64,000 nucleotides of DNA from Octopus sinensis. Lineage: Eukaryota. The stretch is taken from the NCBI RefSeq assembly GCF_006345805.1, contig NC_043018.1:6324001-6388000 (forward strand). Reading direction: 5' to 3'. The notes beneath the pieces are model-generated. The model searched no databases, was not told the DNA's origin, and worked only from the letters and a program-made list of their open reading frames with translations. Every line of letters begins with the position of its first letter. Positions within the stretch are counted from its first letter, which is position 1. The position numbers were made by a program, and so were the translations under genes. Below, in pieces: positions 63,380 to 64,000 of the stretch.

Positions 63380-64000
63380 TAATAATAAAAATTATTATTA
63401 TATCTGCATTTGTTTTAATGTTAACATGGGAAAAATCCACGTTTTTCATAAAAAAATTAGGACCTGGGTTTGCACCCCCTTAGCAAATTTTGTTCATCTC
63501 CTTCTTTGCCTCCTCTTCCTCCTCCTTCTGACCCTCCACCCCTTCCTTCTATCCACCTCCTTCCTTCCCTCCAATTCCTTCATTCCCTCGACCTCCTTCC
63601 TTTCTTCCACCTCCTTCCATCCCTTCCACCTCCTTCCCTCCCTCCTCCTCCTTCTGTCCCTCCACCCTTTCCTTCTCTCCACCTCCTTCCTTTCCTCCAC
63701 CCTTCTCTTCTCTCCACTTCCTTCATTCCTTCCACCTCCTTCCATCTCTCCACCTCCTTCCTTCCCTCCCTCCTCCTACTCCTTCTGTCTCTCCACCCTT
63801 TTCTTCCCTCTACCTGCTTCCTTCCCTCCACCTCCTTCCTTCCCTCCCTCCTCCTCCTTCTGTCCCTCCACCCTTTCCTCCACCTCCTTCCCGTCTCCTC
63901 CTCATCATCATTGTTATCATCATTGTCACCATCATAGTCGTCAGCACCACCACCACCATCATGACTTAACACCTGTTTCCCATACTGGTGAACCAGGTAA

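Noticed and set aside
1-64000. Prokaryotic-type operon, defence or CRISPR system; autonomous Penelope ORF; rRNA
   Set aside because: None seen. The DNA is eukaryotic, and all RT fragments are CR1 or RTE type, so the Penelope link for the hammerheads remains inference.

Overview
Repeat-saturated, AT-rich animal DNA, most likely an octopus; this is inferred from the SINE families and the (TA)n/(TG)n/(CAT)n load, not from a database search. It contains one convincing gene: a single-coding-exon class A GPCR of the NPY/NPF-receptor type at 40680-41714 (+). The rest is mobile DNA: several tRNA-derived and RTE-partner SINE families, RTE and CR1 LINE fragments, mariner copies (one near full length), Helitrons, hAT, piggyBac and 8-bp-TSD MITEs, microsatellites and a 100-N gap. 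Nearly all ORFs in the supplied track are microsatellite or repeat artefacts. The most interesting signal lies outside that track. Short modules embedded in (TA)n carry minimal type I hammerhead-ribozyme folds from four unrelated sequence families (about 2.2, 33.3/35.8/36.4, 42.5 and 55.4 kb), several with core variants. Related (TA)n-embedded modules form locus-specific long fold-back palindromes. This resembles non-autonomous Penelope/retrozyme-like elements, but no Penelope ORF is present and no activity can be shown from sequence. All coordinates were read by hand; boundaries marked ~ are approximate.
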